A stretch of 64,000 bases of DNA from Gemmatimonadota bacterium (GTDB taxonomy: Bacteria; Gemmatimonadota; Gemmatimonadetes; Palauibacterales; Palauibacteraceae). The stretch covers positions 5,889-69,888 of the forward strand of contig JAGWBR010000004.1 in assembly GCA_021295785.1 (NCBI GenBank). The letters run 5' to 3'. The notes under the pieces are model-generated. The model was not told where the DNA came from. It ran no database searches and saw nothing but the letters and a program-made list of their open reading frames with translations. A program made the position numbers and the translations under genes. This document shows positions 37,571-50,452 of this stretch, in pieces (position 1 is the stretch's first letter; each line of letters begins with the position of its first letter).

Positions 37571-37755
37571 CTTGCCGCTCGGCGCGACACCGAAAACCCG
37601 CACATGTTGTGTGCTACAGGACCGGACATATTGTACCTGCTCGCATTGCTGGTGCCGGAGTTGCTTGTTCCCGTGGCCAGCTTAACTTCCGTCGGTTGGC
37701 GCTGCCGCCGCCACTTCGCGCGGCCGCACACTCAGGCAGCGCGGCGGATGCTCGT

Positions 37756-37829
37756 GGCCCCGTAGCTCAGGTGGACAGAGCGCGGGATTCCTAATCCCGA
37801 GGCCGCAGGTTCGAATCCTGCCGGGGTCA
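37756..37829 (+). tRNA. tRNA-Arg (anticodon CCU)
   Basis: Manual cloverleaf: acceptor GGCCCCG/CGGGGTC (one G-U pair), D-arm GCTC..GAGC, anticodon stem CGGGA/TCCCG with loop TTCCTAA, T-arm GCAGG-TTCGAAT-CCTGC, discriminator A. 74 nt. Confidence 0.88.
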
Positions 37830-37848
37830 TATCCTCCGCCAGTCTCCG

Positions 37849-39057
37849 TTATCCGTTCCCTGTGAAAAACTCTGTGCAGGCGGCCACGACCCGCTCTTGC
37901 CGGGCTGCCGTGATTTCCGGCCACAGCGGCAGCGCCAGCGCCTCCCGGGCGGCGGCCTCCGCCTCGGGGAACTCTCCTCGTTTGTGCCCCAAGTACGCAA
38001 AGCACTCCTCCAGGTGGAGCGGGCGGCGGTAGTAGACCCCCGTGCCGATGCCCCGTGTCTCCAGGTGGGAACGGAGCGCGTCGCGTTCGGGGGCGCGAAT
38101 CACGAATTGCCCGAATACGTGCCGGCCGGGCAGCGGTGCGTCGGTCGCGCTTCCACCCGCGGAAGGCGCGCCGGGGTCCCGGGGCAGGCGTATCGGGAGG
38201 TCGCGGGCCAGGTCGCCGAACAGGTCCAGGTACCGGCCCGCGGCGAGCCTTCTCCGGGCCAGGGCAACGTCGAAGCGCCTCAACTCCTCTCGTAGCAGGG
38301 CGGCCTGGAGCTCGTCCATTCGAAAGTTGCCGCCCAGACGAGCGTAGCCCCCAGCGTTGGCGTCCGAACCCCGGGCTCCACCATCACCCCCCGGGGCCCT
38401 GGCACCGTGGTTGCGGAGTTCCCTCAGAGTTTGCGCGAGGCCCGGCCGACGGGTGACCACCATGCCGCCTTCGCCGTAACCACCCAGGGTCTTGGTTGGA
38501 TAGAACGAAAGGCACGCGGCGTCGCCCAGCGATCCGACCGGCCGCCCTTGCACATCCGTCGCCCCGAACGCCTGAGCGGCGTCCTCGATCACCGCGACTC
38601 CCACGGGCTGCGCCCAACTCGTCAGGTGGTGCAGTTCGGCGCATCTGCCGAACAGGTGAACCGGCATGAATCCCCTGGTACGATCGGTGGCGGCAGCTAC
38701 GGCCAGTTCGGGGTCCAGGGTCATGGTGTTGCGGTCGATATCGGCGAAAACCGGCCGCGCCCCGGCCCGGGCGATTGAACCGGCCGTGGCAATGAAGGTG
38801 AAGGGCGTGGTGACGATTTCGTCGCCCGGGCCCGCGCCGGCCGCGACCACGGCGGCCAGAATGGCGTCGCTCCCCGACGACATTGCAATCGCCGTGCCGC
38901 CCCCGCAGCGCGAGGCGACGGCCTGTTCCAGCGCCTCCGCCTCACGACCCAGCACGTAATGTCCCGAGTCCAATACCCGTCTGAAAGCCTCGGTAAGAGC
39001 CTCTCGCCGGCCCGCTGACCGGGCGGCCGCGTCAAAAAGCGGAATCGGGTCCGTCAT
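37849..39057 (-). CDS. DegT/DnrJ/EryC1/StrS family PLP-dependent sugar aminotransferase
   Basis: 402 aa with FRRVLDSGHYVLGREAEALEQAVA, SSGSDAILAA, TTPFTFIATAGSIARAGARPVFADID and SFYPTKTLGGYGEGG (PLP-Lys region). Confidence 0.85.
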   Translation of the reverse strand: MTDPIPLFDAAARSAGRREALTEAFRRVLDSGHYVLGREAEALEQAVASRCGGGTAIAMSSGSDAILAAVVAAGAGPGDEIVTTPFTFIATAGSIARAGARPVFADIDRNTMTLDPELAVAAATDRTRGFMPVHLFGRCAELHHLTSWAQPVGVAVIEDAAQAFGATDVQGRPVGSLGDAACLSFYPTKTLGGYGEGGMVVTRRPGLAQTLRELRNHGARAPGGDGGARGSDANAGGYARLGGNFRMDELQAALLREELRRFDVALARRRLAAGRYLDLFGDLARDLPIRLPRDPGAPSAGGSATDAPLPGRHVFGQFVIRAPERDALRSHLETRGIGTGVYYRRPLHLEECFAYLGHKRGEFPEAEAAAREALALPLWPEITAARQERVVAACTEFFTGNG

Positions 39058-39323
39058 GGTATTTCTCTTTTATTGCAGGGCGCCGACCGTACTGAAATCA
39101 AACGGGTTCGGCCGCCCGGGCAGGTCTGGGCGACCACGATTGCCGCGCCGATCTCCCACCGTCGACAGTACGGGCAATTGTAGTCAGGCAGCCCCCTGGC
39201 TGCCGCCCCGGCCCCTCATTCCGGAGTATATTTCCGGTCCCCCCAAAGGCCGTTGTTTCCGCGAAACTCAGCCCCTCCTAGGAGCCTGAATGTCCGAACA
39301 GTCGACCCCTGTCGTACAGCCTG

Positions 39324-40015
39324 GTGGCATTGCCGCTCTGGCTTGAGACGACGGGAAGGCTGTGCCGTCGGTCCCTGGAACTGTGGCCGCACATGCGTCC
39401 GTCCTGCCATCTTCGGTCCGTGGCCGATCTGGATCCCCGAGACCTCGTTGCGCGAGGCGTGACCACGGTGCTCTGGGATGTGGACGGGACCCTGATGCCG
39501 CACCACGCGAGCGCGCCCGACGGCCGGATTGCGGAGCGGTGGGAGGCGCTTTTGGGGGAGCCCCGGCTGCGGCACCTCATCGTGTCCAACTGCAAGGAAG
39601 ACCGGTACGCGGACCTGAGCAACATTTTCCCTTCGGCGGGAATCGTGCAGGGCTACGACACGCAGGCGGGATTCGCGGTGCGGGTCCGGTTGGGCGGGCG
39701 GGACCACTGGGCAGTTGACGGGGTGGCCGTGGGCCGGGCGCCCGACGGGCCGTGCATTCCGGTTCGCAAGCCCAGCGGGCGGCTGGTGCGGGGGGCCATC
39801 GGGTGGGCAGCGAAAAACACTGGCGCTGTCGGCGAGGCCATCGTGGTCGGCGACCAGTACCTGACCGACATAGCGTCGGCCAATCTTGCCGGAGTCCGCT
39901 CGGTGAAGGTCAGGAACCTGTGGCCGCGCAGCTTTCCGCTGAGTGTGCGGATTGGCCAGCGCATCGAGGGTGTTCTCTACCGACTCCGCTTCGGCCGCCC
40001 CGTAAAAGGGTGGTC

Positions 40016-40019
<4 letters not shown>
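39324..40019 (+). CDS. HAD-superfamily phosphatase, YqeG/PGP-phosphatase-like (subfamily IIIA)
   Basis: 231 aa with HAD motif I LWDVDGTL, VSNC, RKPSG and GDQYLTDI (motif IV). The start is uncertain (GTG 39324 or ATG 39393). Confidence 0.65.
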
Positions 40020-42923
<2,904 letters not shown>

Positions 42924-42924
<1 letters not shown>

Positions 42925-44597
42925 TGGAAAACATCGAAATCGCTGGCGCCCTGAGGCAGGCGGCCGATCTGATGGAGATGCTGGGGGCCAACCCGTTCCG
43001 GGTTCGGGCCTACCGGCACGCCGGCCGCGTGGTTTACGAGCAAGAGCAGCCGCTGCGGGAGCTGGTCGCCGCCGGAGGAGACCTGACCGAACTGCCGGGG
43101 ATTGGGCGGGGGGTTGCGGCGGGGATCCACGAGTTGCTGACGGGCGGCCAGATGGAGGTCACCCGGGAGATGCTGGAGCAGGTTCCGTCAGGTCTGTTGG
43201 AGGTGAAACGCATTCCCGGCCTCGGCACCAGGAAGGTTCGGCGGCTCTGGGAGGAACTGGGTGTCGAGTCGATCGACGACCTGGAGGAGGCGGCGAGTGC
43301 TGGCGCCGTGGCCGAAATGGCGGGATTCGGCGCCAAGACGCAAGACGCCATACTCGCCTGGATACAGCGTGCCCGGTCGGGGGGTGTTCGGTTTCAGACT
43401 GCCACGGCAGACGAGCTGGTGGTGCCGCTGCTGGAGCATGTGCGCGGGTGGCCGGGCATCGAGAGGGCGGAACCGGCTGGCGACGCCCGGCGGCGCACCG
43501 AAACAGTCGACAAGGTGGTAGTGCTGGCCCAGACCCGCGCGAACCCGGCCGGGGCGGGCGCGACTCCTCCGGGAGCGGCGGATATTCTGGCCGGTTTTCC
43601 CGCGGCGCGGGGCACCCGGGGCGGAGCAGATTCGGCCGCCGGGGTTCTTCGGAGCCGGCTGCCCGTCGAGGTCCATGTGGTGGCCGAAACGCAGTGGGGA
43701 TCCGCCTGGGTCGAATTGACCGGATCCGCAACGCACTTGGAGCAGATCACGGTCTCCGGCGGGGCAACGACCGAGGAAGAGGTGTACCGCCGCGCGGGCC
43801 TGGCCTGGATTCCCCCGGAACTGCGCGAAGGGAGGGGAGAGGTAGAAGCCGCCGCCAGCGACGCGCTGCCCCGGCTCATCGAAACGAACCACATACGCGG
43901 CGACATCCACATGCACAGCACGTGGTCCGACGGCCGTGCCTCGATCGAAGAAATGGTCGCGGCCTGCGCCCGCCGCGGTTACGAGTACATGGCGATCACC
44001 GACCACTCGCCGGCCCTCGCCATGGTCCAGGGGCTCGACGAGAAGCGACTCGGCCAACAGTTCGTCGAGATCGAGCAGGTCCAGGCCGCGCACCCGCAAA
44101 TCCGAATCCTGCGCGGGATGGAGGTAGACATCCTCCGCACGGGGGAGCTCGATCTGGCAGACGAAATGCTAGCCGAGCTGGATATCGTCATCATCTCGGT
44201 CCATTCCCATTTCGGGCTCCCCCCCGCCGAGCAGACAAGGCGAGTCCTCAGGGCGGTCGGGCACCCGCGGGCCAGGATCTTCGGCCACATGACCGGCAGA
44301 CTGGTAGGTCGGCGCCCTCCCATCGACATCGACGTAACCGAGGTTCTGGCCGCGTGCGCCGAATTCGGTGTGGCGGTGGAGGCCAATGCGAACCCCCGCA
44401 GGCTCGACCTGCGGGACGAACACCTGGCCCTCGCCCGCGAAACGGGAGTTCCGGTAGTGGTCAACACGGACGCTCACCGGCCGACCGAGCTCGGTCTGAT
44501 CCGGCACGGTATTGACCAGGCACGCAGGGCCGGACTCACCGCGGGAGATGTGCTCAACACGATGCCGTTGCCCGATTTGCTGGCGGCGCTCAGGTGA
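42924..44597 (+). CDS. polX: family X DNA polymerase with C-terminal PHP domain; polymerase catalytic carboxylates apparently missing
   Basis: ATG 42924 shares its A with the ligA TGA. 8-kDa/HhH part: MENIEIAGALRQAADLMEMLGANPFRVRAYR, LPGIGRGVA, IPGLGTRKVRRLW. Complete PHP metal motifs: GDIHMHSTWSDG, ITDHS, GMEVDI, SVHS, GHMTGR, NTDAH. Confidence 0.85.
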
Positions 44598-44797
44598 TCG
44601 CCCGCCATCCCTGCCGCCCGGGGGGCACCCTCCGGATCGCCGGTCGGTTACAAAAAACCCACACACGGCCAACTCCGATCGGTGTAAGTGGGTAAGTTGC
44701 CCCGCGACAGCGACAGCACCGATTCCCACCGCCACCGCAAGCCTTCAACAAGAACCCTCAACGGACAACCTGAGGGACAACCCGAGGAGACCGCGGC

Positions 44798-47700
44798 ATG
44801 AACCCCACAAGCGCGCCCAGACGACCGGCTTTTCAGCGGGCATTTCTCGTTGTGGCCCTGGCGCTGGCCCACGCCACCGGGATCGGCCCAGGCCAACTCG
44901 ACGGCCAGGATCACGTGCCGCGTGTCGAGGTTGTGAAGGACGCATCGGGTCATCGGCTTCAGGTGGACGGCGAAGACTTCATGGTCCAGGGGATCAACTG
45001 GGATTACTTCCCGATCGGCACTACTTATTCGTACAACTTCTGGGCAGAACCCGATGACCTGATCGAGGCGGCGCTCGACCGCGAGATGGGCCTCGCCCGC
45101 ACCATGGGTGTCAACACCATCCGCATCTACGCGGGCATCCCGCCCCGCTGGGTCAGGTACATTTACGAGAAGCACGGGATCTTCTCCGTGGTCAACCATC
45201 CGCTGGGCCGTTACGGGCTCACCGTGGACGGTGTGTTCAGGCCAAACACCAATTACTCCGATCCGGCTGAACGCGGCCAGGTCCTCGCCGAAATCGATGC
45301 CCTGATTCGCGAATTCGACGGAACGCCCGGCGTGTTGATGTGGCTGCTCGGAAACGAGAACAACTACGGTCTGGTCTGGACGACTCCGGAGACCGAAGAC
45401 CTTCCGGTCGACCAGATGGACAACGCCCGCGCCCGGCACCTTTATTCGCTGGTCGGCGAAGCGGCCAGCCTCGTCAAGGCACTCGACCCCGGCCGCCCCG
45501 TCGGATTCGCGAACGGCGACCTCCAGTACATCGACCTGATCGCCGAAGAGGCGTCCAGCCTGGACGTGCTCGGCTCCAACGTCTATCGCGGTGCATCGTT
45601 CAGGGACCTGTTTGAAGAGGTCGACGAGAAGCTCGGCATCCCGGTCATGTTCACCGAATTCGGTGCCGACGCCTGGCACGCCCGCCACATGCGCGAGGAC
45701 CAGCTGACGCAGGCCACGATCCTAGTCGATCAATGGCGCGAGATCTACGAACAGTCGGCCGGCAAGGGCGGTGTCGGAAACGCCATCGGCGGGCTCACGT
45801 TCCAGTGGACCGACGGGTGGTGGAAGTTCGGGCAGGAAGACAACCTCGACGTCCAGGACACAAACGCATCATGGTCCAACGCCGCCTATCCGGAGGATTT
45901 CATCGCGGGCGGCAACAACATGAACGAAGAGTGGTGGGGCATCGTCGCCAAGGGTCCCACCGACCGGAACGGCCTTTACGAGCTGTATCCGCGCGCCGCG
46001 TTCTACGCCCTTCGCGATGTGTACGAGATGGGAGCCTACGATTCAGGTGTGGGCATGGCGGAGATAGCGGTGCACTTTGAATCGATTGACCCGGAGTTCG
46101 CCGTGCTCCAGGCCCGCGGGGACCTGGCCGCCCGCGGTTCGCCCGAGAGCAATCGGTTCGAGGTCAGCCACGTCAGGGGCGAATTCGAGACGATCCAGAC
46201 GGGCGGCGACCTGATCAGCACTTCCGACGCCAAGCCGGCCGTCGCAACGGGCTATCCCAGTTTTCAGGGATTCGACCAGATGCAGTCCTTCTACGGGGGA
46301 ATCAAGGTTCGTCCCGTCGGGGGGGCGGAGGGCGAGATAGTCGTCAACGCCATCGGGAACGTCGCGGAGAATCCGATCGACGAGATCTTCTACGAAAACC
46401 GGGGCCGGCAGCAGACGGTCGAGACGGTGACCGGCGCGAGACTCCGGCTCAACGACATCGAACGCGTCAAGGTCTATCAGGCGAGCCTTGCCTGGGACGA
46501 CGAGTGGTTCCGGCTCAACGGGTTCTACCGCACCGGGCACTATCACTGGGGCTATGAGGGCGACTTCTTCAACCTCTACAGAGAAGCCAACTACGGCCCC
46601 AACATCGACATCTACAACGGCATGGCCCCCATCGGCGTCGAGGTTGAAGGGAAACGCATGCTGAGCGGTCTGAAGGTGGCGATGGGGCCGAGTCTGTGGT
46701 GGGGTGCCAACCCGATGGTGATTGCCAAACTCCAGCGGAGCATCGGGGGCGGCACCACGGCCGCCGTGGTATTTCAGGAAGACATGGCCCAGCAGTCGGC
46801 CGTCAGCAGCTCGTTCGCCATTCCGCTGCCGCCGACCCGCAAGGCGACCGTGCACGTTGAAAAGACCATGGGTCCGGCGGTGCTCGAAGCCGGCGGGATC
46901 TGGTCGGGATCCACCAAGAAAGGTGAGACCTACCAGGTCGTGAACGGCGAATCGGGGTCCTACGAGGTCTTTCGCGACGCGATCGAGGCAAGCGATGCTT
47001 TCGGCGTGAAGGCCAAGGTCTCGGTCGCCAAGGGGCGCTGGAACTGGTACCTGCAGGGCGCCTCGATGGGCCTGGTCGCCGACGGCGGACCAACCCAGAC
47101 GCAGACCTTCACGGGCTGGTGGGTTCGCGACAGCAACATGGGCAACCAGATGAACGTGCTGTCCGGGGTTGCCCTGAAGTTCGGGAACTGGGAGGTAGCA
47201 CCCAATTTGCTGTGGCAGAGGCCCGTCGTGGGACCAATTCCCGGAGACGCGGGCGTCCGTCCGCGCAACGTCATCGACGATCCGTTCGCCGTCCGGGCCT
47301 GGAGCCGCGAGACTCGCGCCCTGGAGTTCCTGCTCGGGTACGACCCAACTCCCGCCACCTGGCTCCACACCTGGGACAGCGACGTAAGGGAAGACGCTCC
47401 GTTCGCGGCGCTGTTCTCGTTCGTGTACAAGAGCTTCCCCACCACGCAAGACGCCTCGATCGGAATCCTCGCCGACGGCCGAACCCCCTTCGCGTTTCCG
47501 GGCGCGCCCGGTCCCCGGGACATCTGGGAAGTCAGGGCGCGTTTGATTTCCAAGGGACAGAGGGGCAGAGGGATAATCGCCAACCTCTACACGGGCACGG
47601 GCGAGCCAAATGGCGAGAACAACCGCTTGGTGAGGCGGCACGGGGCCGAAGTCAGGGCCCTGAGCGGTCCCCTCAAGCTGGAGACCTACGCCCGCATCAA

Positions 47701-47983
47701 TGACTGGGGTCCGTACGACTACCACCGCGACTTCAACCTCACGTTCCCCCTCCAGCTGATGGGCGACATCTCCTATTCGATCGGACTGCCGCAGTGGTTC
47801 GCCGACTTGCCCGGCAGTCGTTTGGGGATCAGGGCGACGTGGCGCTCGCTGGACCAGTATTCGCCGCGCTACTGCCCCAAACCCGTCACCGACAGCGACG
47901 GTTTCCTGGTGTGCGAGCCCGGGCAGGCAGGTCCGAAAGGCAGCGAGTGGGAGGTCCGCACCTACCTCCACTTCTCCATGTGA
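44798..47983 (+). CDS. secreted clan GH-A-like (beta/alpha)8 glycoside hydrolase fused to a ~630-aa beta-rich C-terminal domain of unknown function
   Basis: 1061 aa with signal peptide MNPTSAPRRPAFQRAFLVVALALAHATG. The N-terminal TIM-barrel pattern is MGVNTIRIY, MWLLGNENNYG (acid/base NE) and VMFTEFGADAW (nucleophile E). The GH family is not assignable by eye. Confidence 0.65.
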   Translation: MNPTSAPRRPAFQRAFLVVALALAHATGIGPGQLDGQDHVPRVEVVKDASGHRLQVDGEDFMVQGINWDYFPIGTTYSYNFWAEPDDLIEAALDREMGLARTMGVNTIRIYAGIPPRWVRYIYEKHGIFSVVNHPLGRYGLTVDGVFRPNTNYSDPAERGQVLAEIDALIREFDGTPGVLMWLLGNENNYGLVWTTPETEDLPVDQMDNARARHLYSLVGEAASLVKALDPGRPVGFANGDLQYIDLIAEEASSLDVLGSNVYRGASFRDLFEEVDEKLGIPVMFTEFGADAWHARHMREDQLTQATILVDQWREIYEQSAGKGGVGNAIGGLTFQWTDGWWKFGQEDNLDVQDTNASWSNAAYPEDFIAGGNNMNEEWWGIVAKGPTDRNGLYELYPRAAFYALRDVYEMGAYDSGVGMAEIAVHFESIDPEFAVLQARGDLAARGSPESNRFEVSHVRGEFETIQTGGDLISTSDAKPAVATGYPSFQGFDQMQSFYGGIKVRPVGGAEGEIVVNAIGNVAENPIDEIFYENRGRQQTVETVTGARLRLNDIERVKVYQASLAWDDEWFRLNGFYRTGHYHWGYEGDFFNLYREANYGPNIDIYNGMAPIGVEVEGKRMLSGLKVAMGPSLWWGANPMVIAKLQRSIGGGTTAAVVFQEDMAQQSAVSSSFAIPLPPTRKATVHVEKTMGPAVLEAGGIWSGSTKKGETYQVVNGESGSYEVFRDAIEASDAFGVKAKVSVAKGRWNWYLQGASMGLVADGGPTQTQTFTGWWVRDSNMGNQMNVLSGVALKFGNWEVAPNLLWQRPVVGPIPGDAGVRPRNVIDDPFAVRAWSRETRALEFLLGYDPTPATWLHTWDSDVREDAPFAALFSFVYKSFPTTQDASIGILADGRTPFAFPGAPGPRDIWEVRARLISKGQRGRGIIANLYTGTGEPNGENNRLVRRHGAEVRALSGPLKLETYARINDWGPYDYHRDFNLTFPLQLMGDISYSIGLPQWFADLPGSRLGIRATWRSLDQYSPRYCPKPVTDSDGFLVCEPGQAGPKGSEWEVRTYLHFSM

Positions 47984-47999
47984 TGCAGGGGGGGGACTC

Positions 48000-50012
48000 G
48001 TGGCACGGGAGAGAGGTCTTGTGACACAGGAGGCGAGCGGGGAGGGCCACCTCCCAAGGGCGTCCGACCGGGTGGAGGGGATTCTGAGCCGCATGACCCT
48101 TGCCCGGAAGGCCGCCCAGATGACCCAGCCGGAGCGGTTGCACGCTACGCCGGCCGAAGTGGGAATGTTCGGTGTCGGGTCGGTATTGAGCGGAGCCGGA
48201 TCCTGCCCGGGCCAGAACCGTCCGGTCGACTGGGCGCGGATGAACGATCGGTACTGGGAAGCCTCAACGGCCCCGCGCGACGACGGACAGCCGGCCGTGC
48301 CAGTGTTGTACGGGGTGGATGCAGTGCACGGGCACAACAACGTGCTCGGCGCGGTGGTGTTTCCCCACAACATCGGGTTGGGCGCGGCGGGCAGTCCCGA
48401 CCTCATGCGGCGGATCGGCCGGGTGACCGCCCGCGAAGTGCTGGCAACGGGGGTGGACTGGACGTTTGCGCCCACGCTGGCCGTGGCGGAAGACGACAGG
48501 TGGGGACGCACCTACGAGAGTATGTCCGTCGATCCCCGGCTCGTGGGGGTCTTGAGCGGGGCCATCGTCGAGGGTCTGCGGGGATCGGAGTTCGGGGGCG
48601 ATGGAATCCTGGCCTGCGCGAAACACTGGGCGGGGGACGGGGCCACCACGGGAGGAGTCGATCAGGGGGACTGCGACCGCGAACTCGACGACCCCGGGTT
48701 TCGGCGGATGCACCTGGCACCGTACGGACCTGCGCTGGACGCCGGTGCCCTTGCTGTAATGGTATCGCTGAGTTCAATCCGCGGCACACCCTGCCACGCC
48801 CACCGGAAGCTGATCACGGATGTGCTCAAGGGCGAATTCGGCTTCGCCGGATTCGTGGTGTCCGACTGGAACGGCGTCCTGCACGTTGATCCCGACCTGG
48901 ACGAAGCCGTGGTCGCCTGCGTCAACGCCGGCATCGACCTGTTCATGGTGCCCGAGCGATGGCGGGAGTTCATCGAGGTGGTTGTGCGGCAGACCGGAGC
49001 CGGACGTATCCCGGTGGAGCGGATCGACGACGCGGTGCGGCGGATTCTCAGCGTGAAGGAACAGATCGGACTCTTCGACCGTCCGCGGCCGCTTGACCGC
49101 CCGGCCACTGGGAACGAAGACTTCGGTTGCGCGGCGCACCGGGCGGTGGCCCGCGAGGCCGTGAGCCGGTCGCTGGTTCTGCTGAAGAACGGCCCGGCCG
49201 ATGATGCGAGCTCCCCGGTGTTGCCGCTTGACTCCTCGGCGCGGGTATTGGTGACCGGGCGAAACGCGGACGACCGGGGCAGCCTGTGCGGCGGCTTCAC
49301 CGTCGAGTGGCAGGGCGTGATCGGCAACGAGAAGATCAAGGGCGGCACTTCGATCTGGGAGGGCGTAAGGGACATGGCTCCGGGGGCGAAGCTGCTCACG
49401 GCGGACGAGCTCAAGGAACTCGCCGCTCCCGGAAAGGGAGACCACGGATTTGACTGCGCTGTGGTGGTTGTGGGAGAACAGCCCTACGCCGAGGGCATGG
49501 GAGACATTCGGGACTGGATGCAGTCAGAGATAGTGACCGGCGGCGGCCCCACGTACGCCCGATCGGGTGAATCCGAACTTGAGCGCAAGTATGGAGAACT
49601 GGTCGACGAGGTCGATCCCGGCGGGCACGGCCCGGGTGCCCTGGAGCCCTACGGCGACACACTTTCGTTGTCAAGACTGCACCCCGAAGACCTGGAGGCA
49701 ATCCAGCGGGCGTCGTCGCTCGGCGTGCCGGTGGTGACAGTCCTGGTTTCGGGGCGGCCGTTGGTGGTCAACGAAGAAATGGCGGCGTCGGATGCGTTTG
49801 TGGCGGCCTGGTTGCCCGGCTCGCAGGGCGAGGGCGTGGCAAACGCGTTGTTCGGGCGGACGCCGTTCACCGGCAAACTGCCCCGTCCGTGGCCGGCCAC
49901 CGATATTGCCTGCAATGAACCCGCGGAGGAACTTCTACCCACGGGTTACGGGCTCACAACCATCTCCGGCACGGCGACTGGGATCAAACACAATTCAGGG
50001 GTAGCAGCGTGA
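48000..50012 (+). CDS. glycoside hydrolase family 3 beta-glucosidase
   Basis: 670 aa with MTLARKAAQMTQ, YGVDAVHGHNNV, FPHNIGLGA, WTFAPTLAVAEDDRWGRTYES and GFVVSDWNG (nucleophile Asp). No obvious signal peptide. Confidence 0.88.
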   Translation: MARERGLVTQEASGEGHLPRASDRVEGILSRMTLARKAAQMTQPERLHATPAEVGMFGVGSVLSGAGSCPGQNRPVDWARMNDRYWEASTAPRDDGQPAVPVLYGVDAVHGHNNVLGAVVFPHNIGLGAAGSPDLMRRIGRVTAREVLATGVDWTFAPTLAVAEDDRWGRTYESMSVDPRLVGVLSGAIVEGLRGSEFGGDGILACAKHWAGDGATTGGVDQGDCDRELDDPGFRRMHLAPYGPALDAGALAVMVSLSSIRGTPCHAHRKLITDVLKGEFGFAGFVVSDWNGVLHVDPDLDEAVVACVNAGIDLFMVPERWREFIEVVVRQTGAGRIPVERIDDAVRRILSVKEQIGLFDRPRPLDRPATGNEDFGCAAHRAVAREAVSRSLVLLKNGPADDASSPVLPLDSSARVLVTGRNADDRGSLCGGFTVEWQGVIGNEKIKGGTSIWEGVRDMAPGAKLLTADELKELAAPGKGDHGFDCAVVVVGEQPYAEGMGDIRDWMQSEIVTGGGPTYARSGESELERKYGELVDEVDPGGHGPGALEPYGDTLSLSRLHPEDLEAIQRASSLGVPVVTVLVSGRPLVVNEEMAASDAFVAAWLPGSQGEGVANALFGRTPFTGKLPRPWPATDIACNEPAEELLPTGYGLTTISGTATGIKHNSGVAA

Positions 50013-50392
50013 TCAACCGACGTTTCTTGACGGTGGCGGCACTGGCCGTGACCACTGCGGTGGCCGGTGCGTGCGGCGGGATCACGGGACCGGACATCGA
50101 CGGGCGGTGGGAAGGTACCCTGACCGACGTGAATACGGGACAGGTCTGGACTGGTGCCCTGAACCTGGAGATCTCCGGATCAACGGTGGGGGGAATTGCT
50201 TCGCTCCCCGGGTTTGGTGCCCCCCGGCTGGGTGCGATTGCGGGGAACTACAGTCCCCCCGATATCAACTTCAGCACAAGCACTCACCGGTTCAGCGGCA
50301 CCGTCGTGGGGACCACCATGTCAGGAACCGTGGAACACAGCGGCCCGCTGGGCCAACTGGTGCTGGACTTCGAGTTCACACACATCTTCTGA
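50009..50392 (+). CDS. hypothetical lipoprotein (127 aa)
   Basis: Signal plus lipobox (AVAGAC|GG). 4-nt overlap with the GH3 stop (50009-50012). No family recognised. Confidence 0.55.
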   Translation: MINRRFLTVAALAVTTAVAGACGGITGPDIDGRWEGTLTDVNTGQVWTGALNLEISGSTVGGIASLPGFGAPRLGAIAGNYSPPDINFSTSTHRFSGTVVGTTMSGTVEHSGPLGQLVLDFEFTHIF

Positions 50393-50393
50393 G

Positions 50394-50409
50394 CCTGCCG
50401 GAGGGCAGG
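50394..50409. terminator. hairpin CCTGCC-GGAG-GGCAGG between convergent genes
   Basis: Starts 2 nt after the stop at 50392, with a perfect 6-bp stem and no U-tract. Could serve either convergent transcript. Confidence 0.3.
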
Positions 50410-50452
50410 GTCGCTCAGGCCCCCCGGCCGGGCTGCGGCCAGGGGCAGGGCG

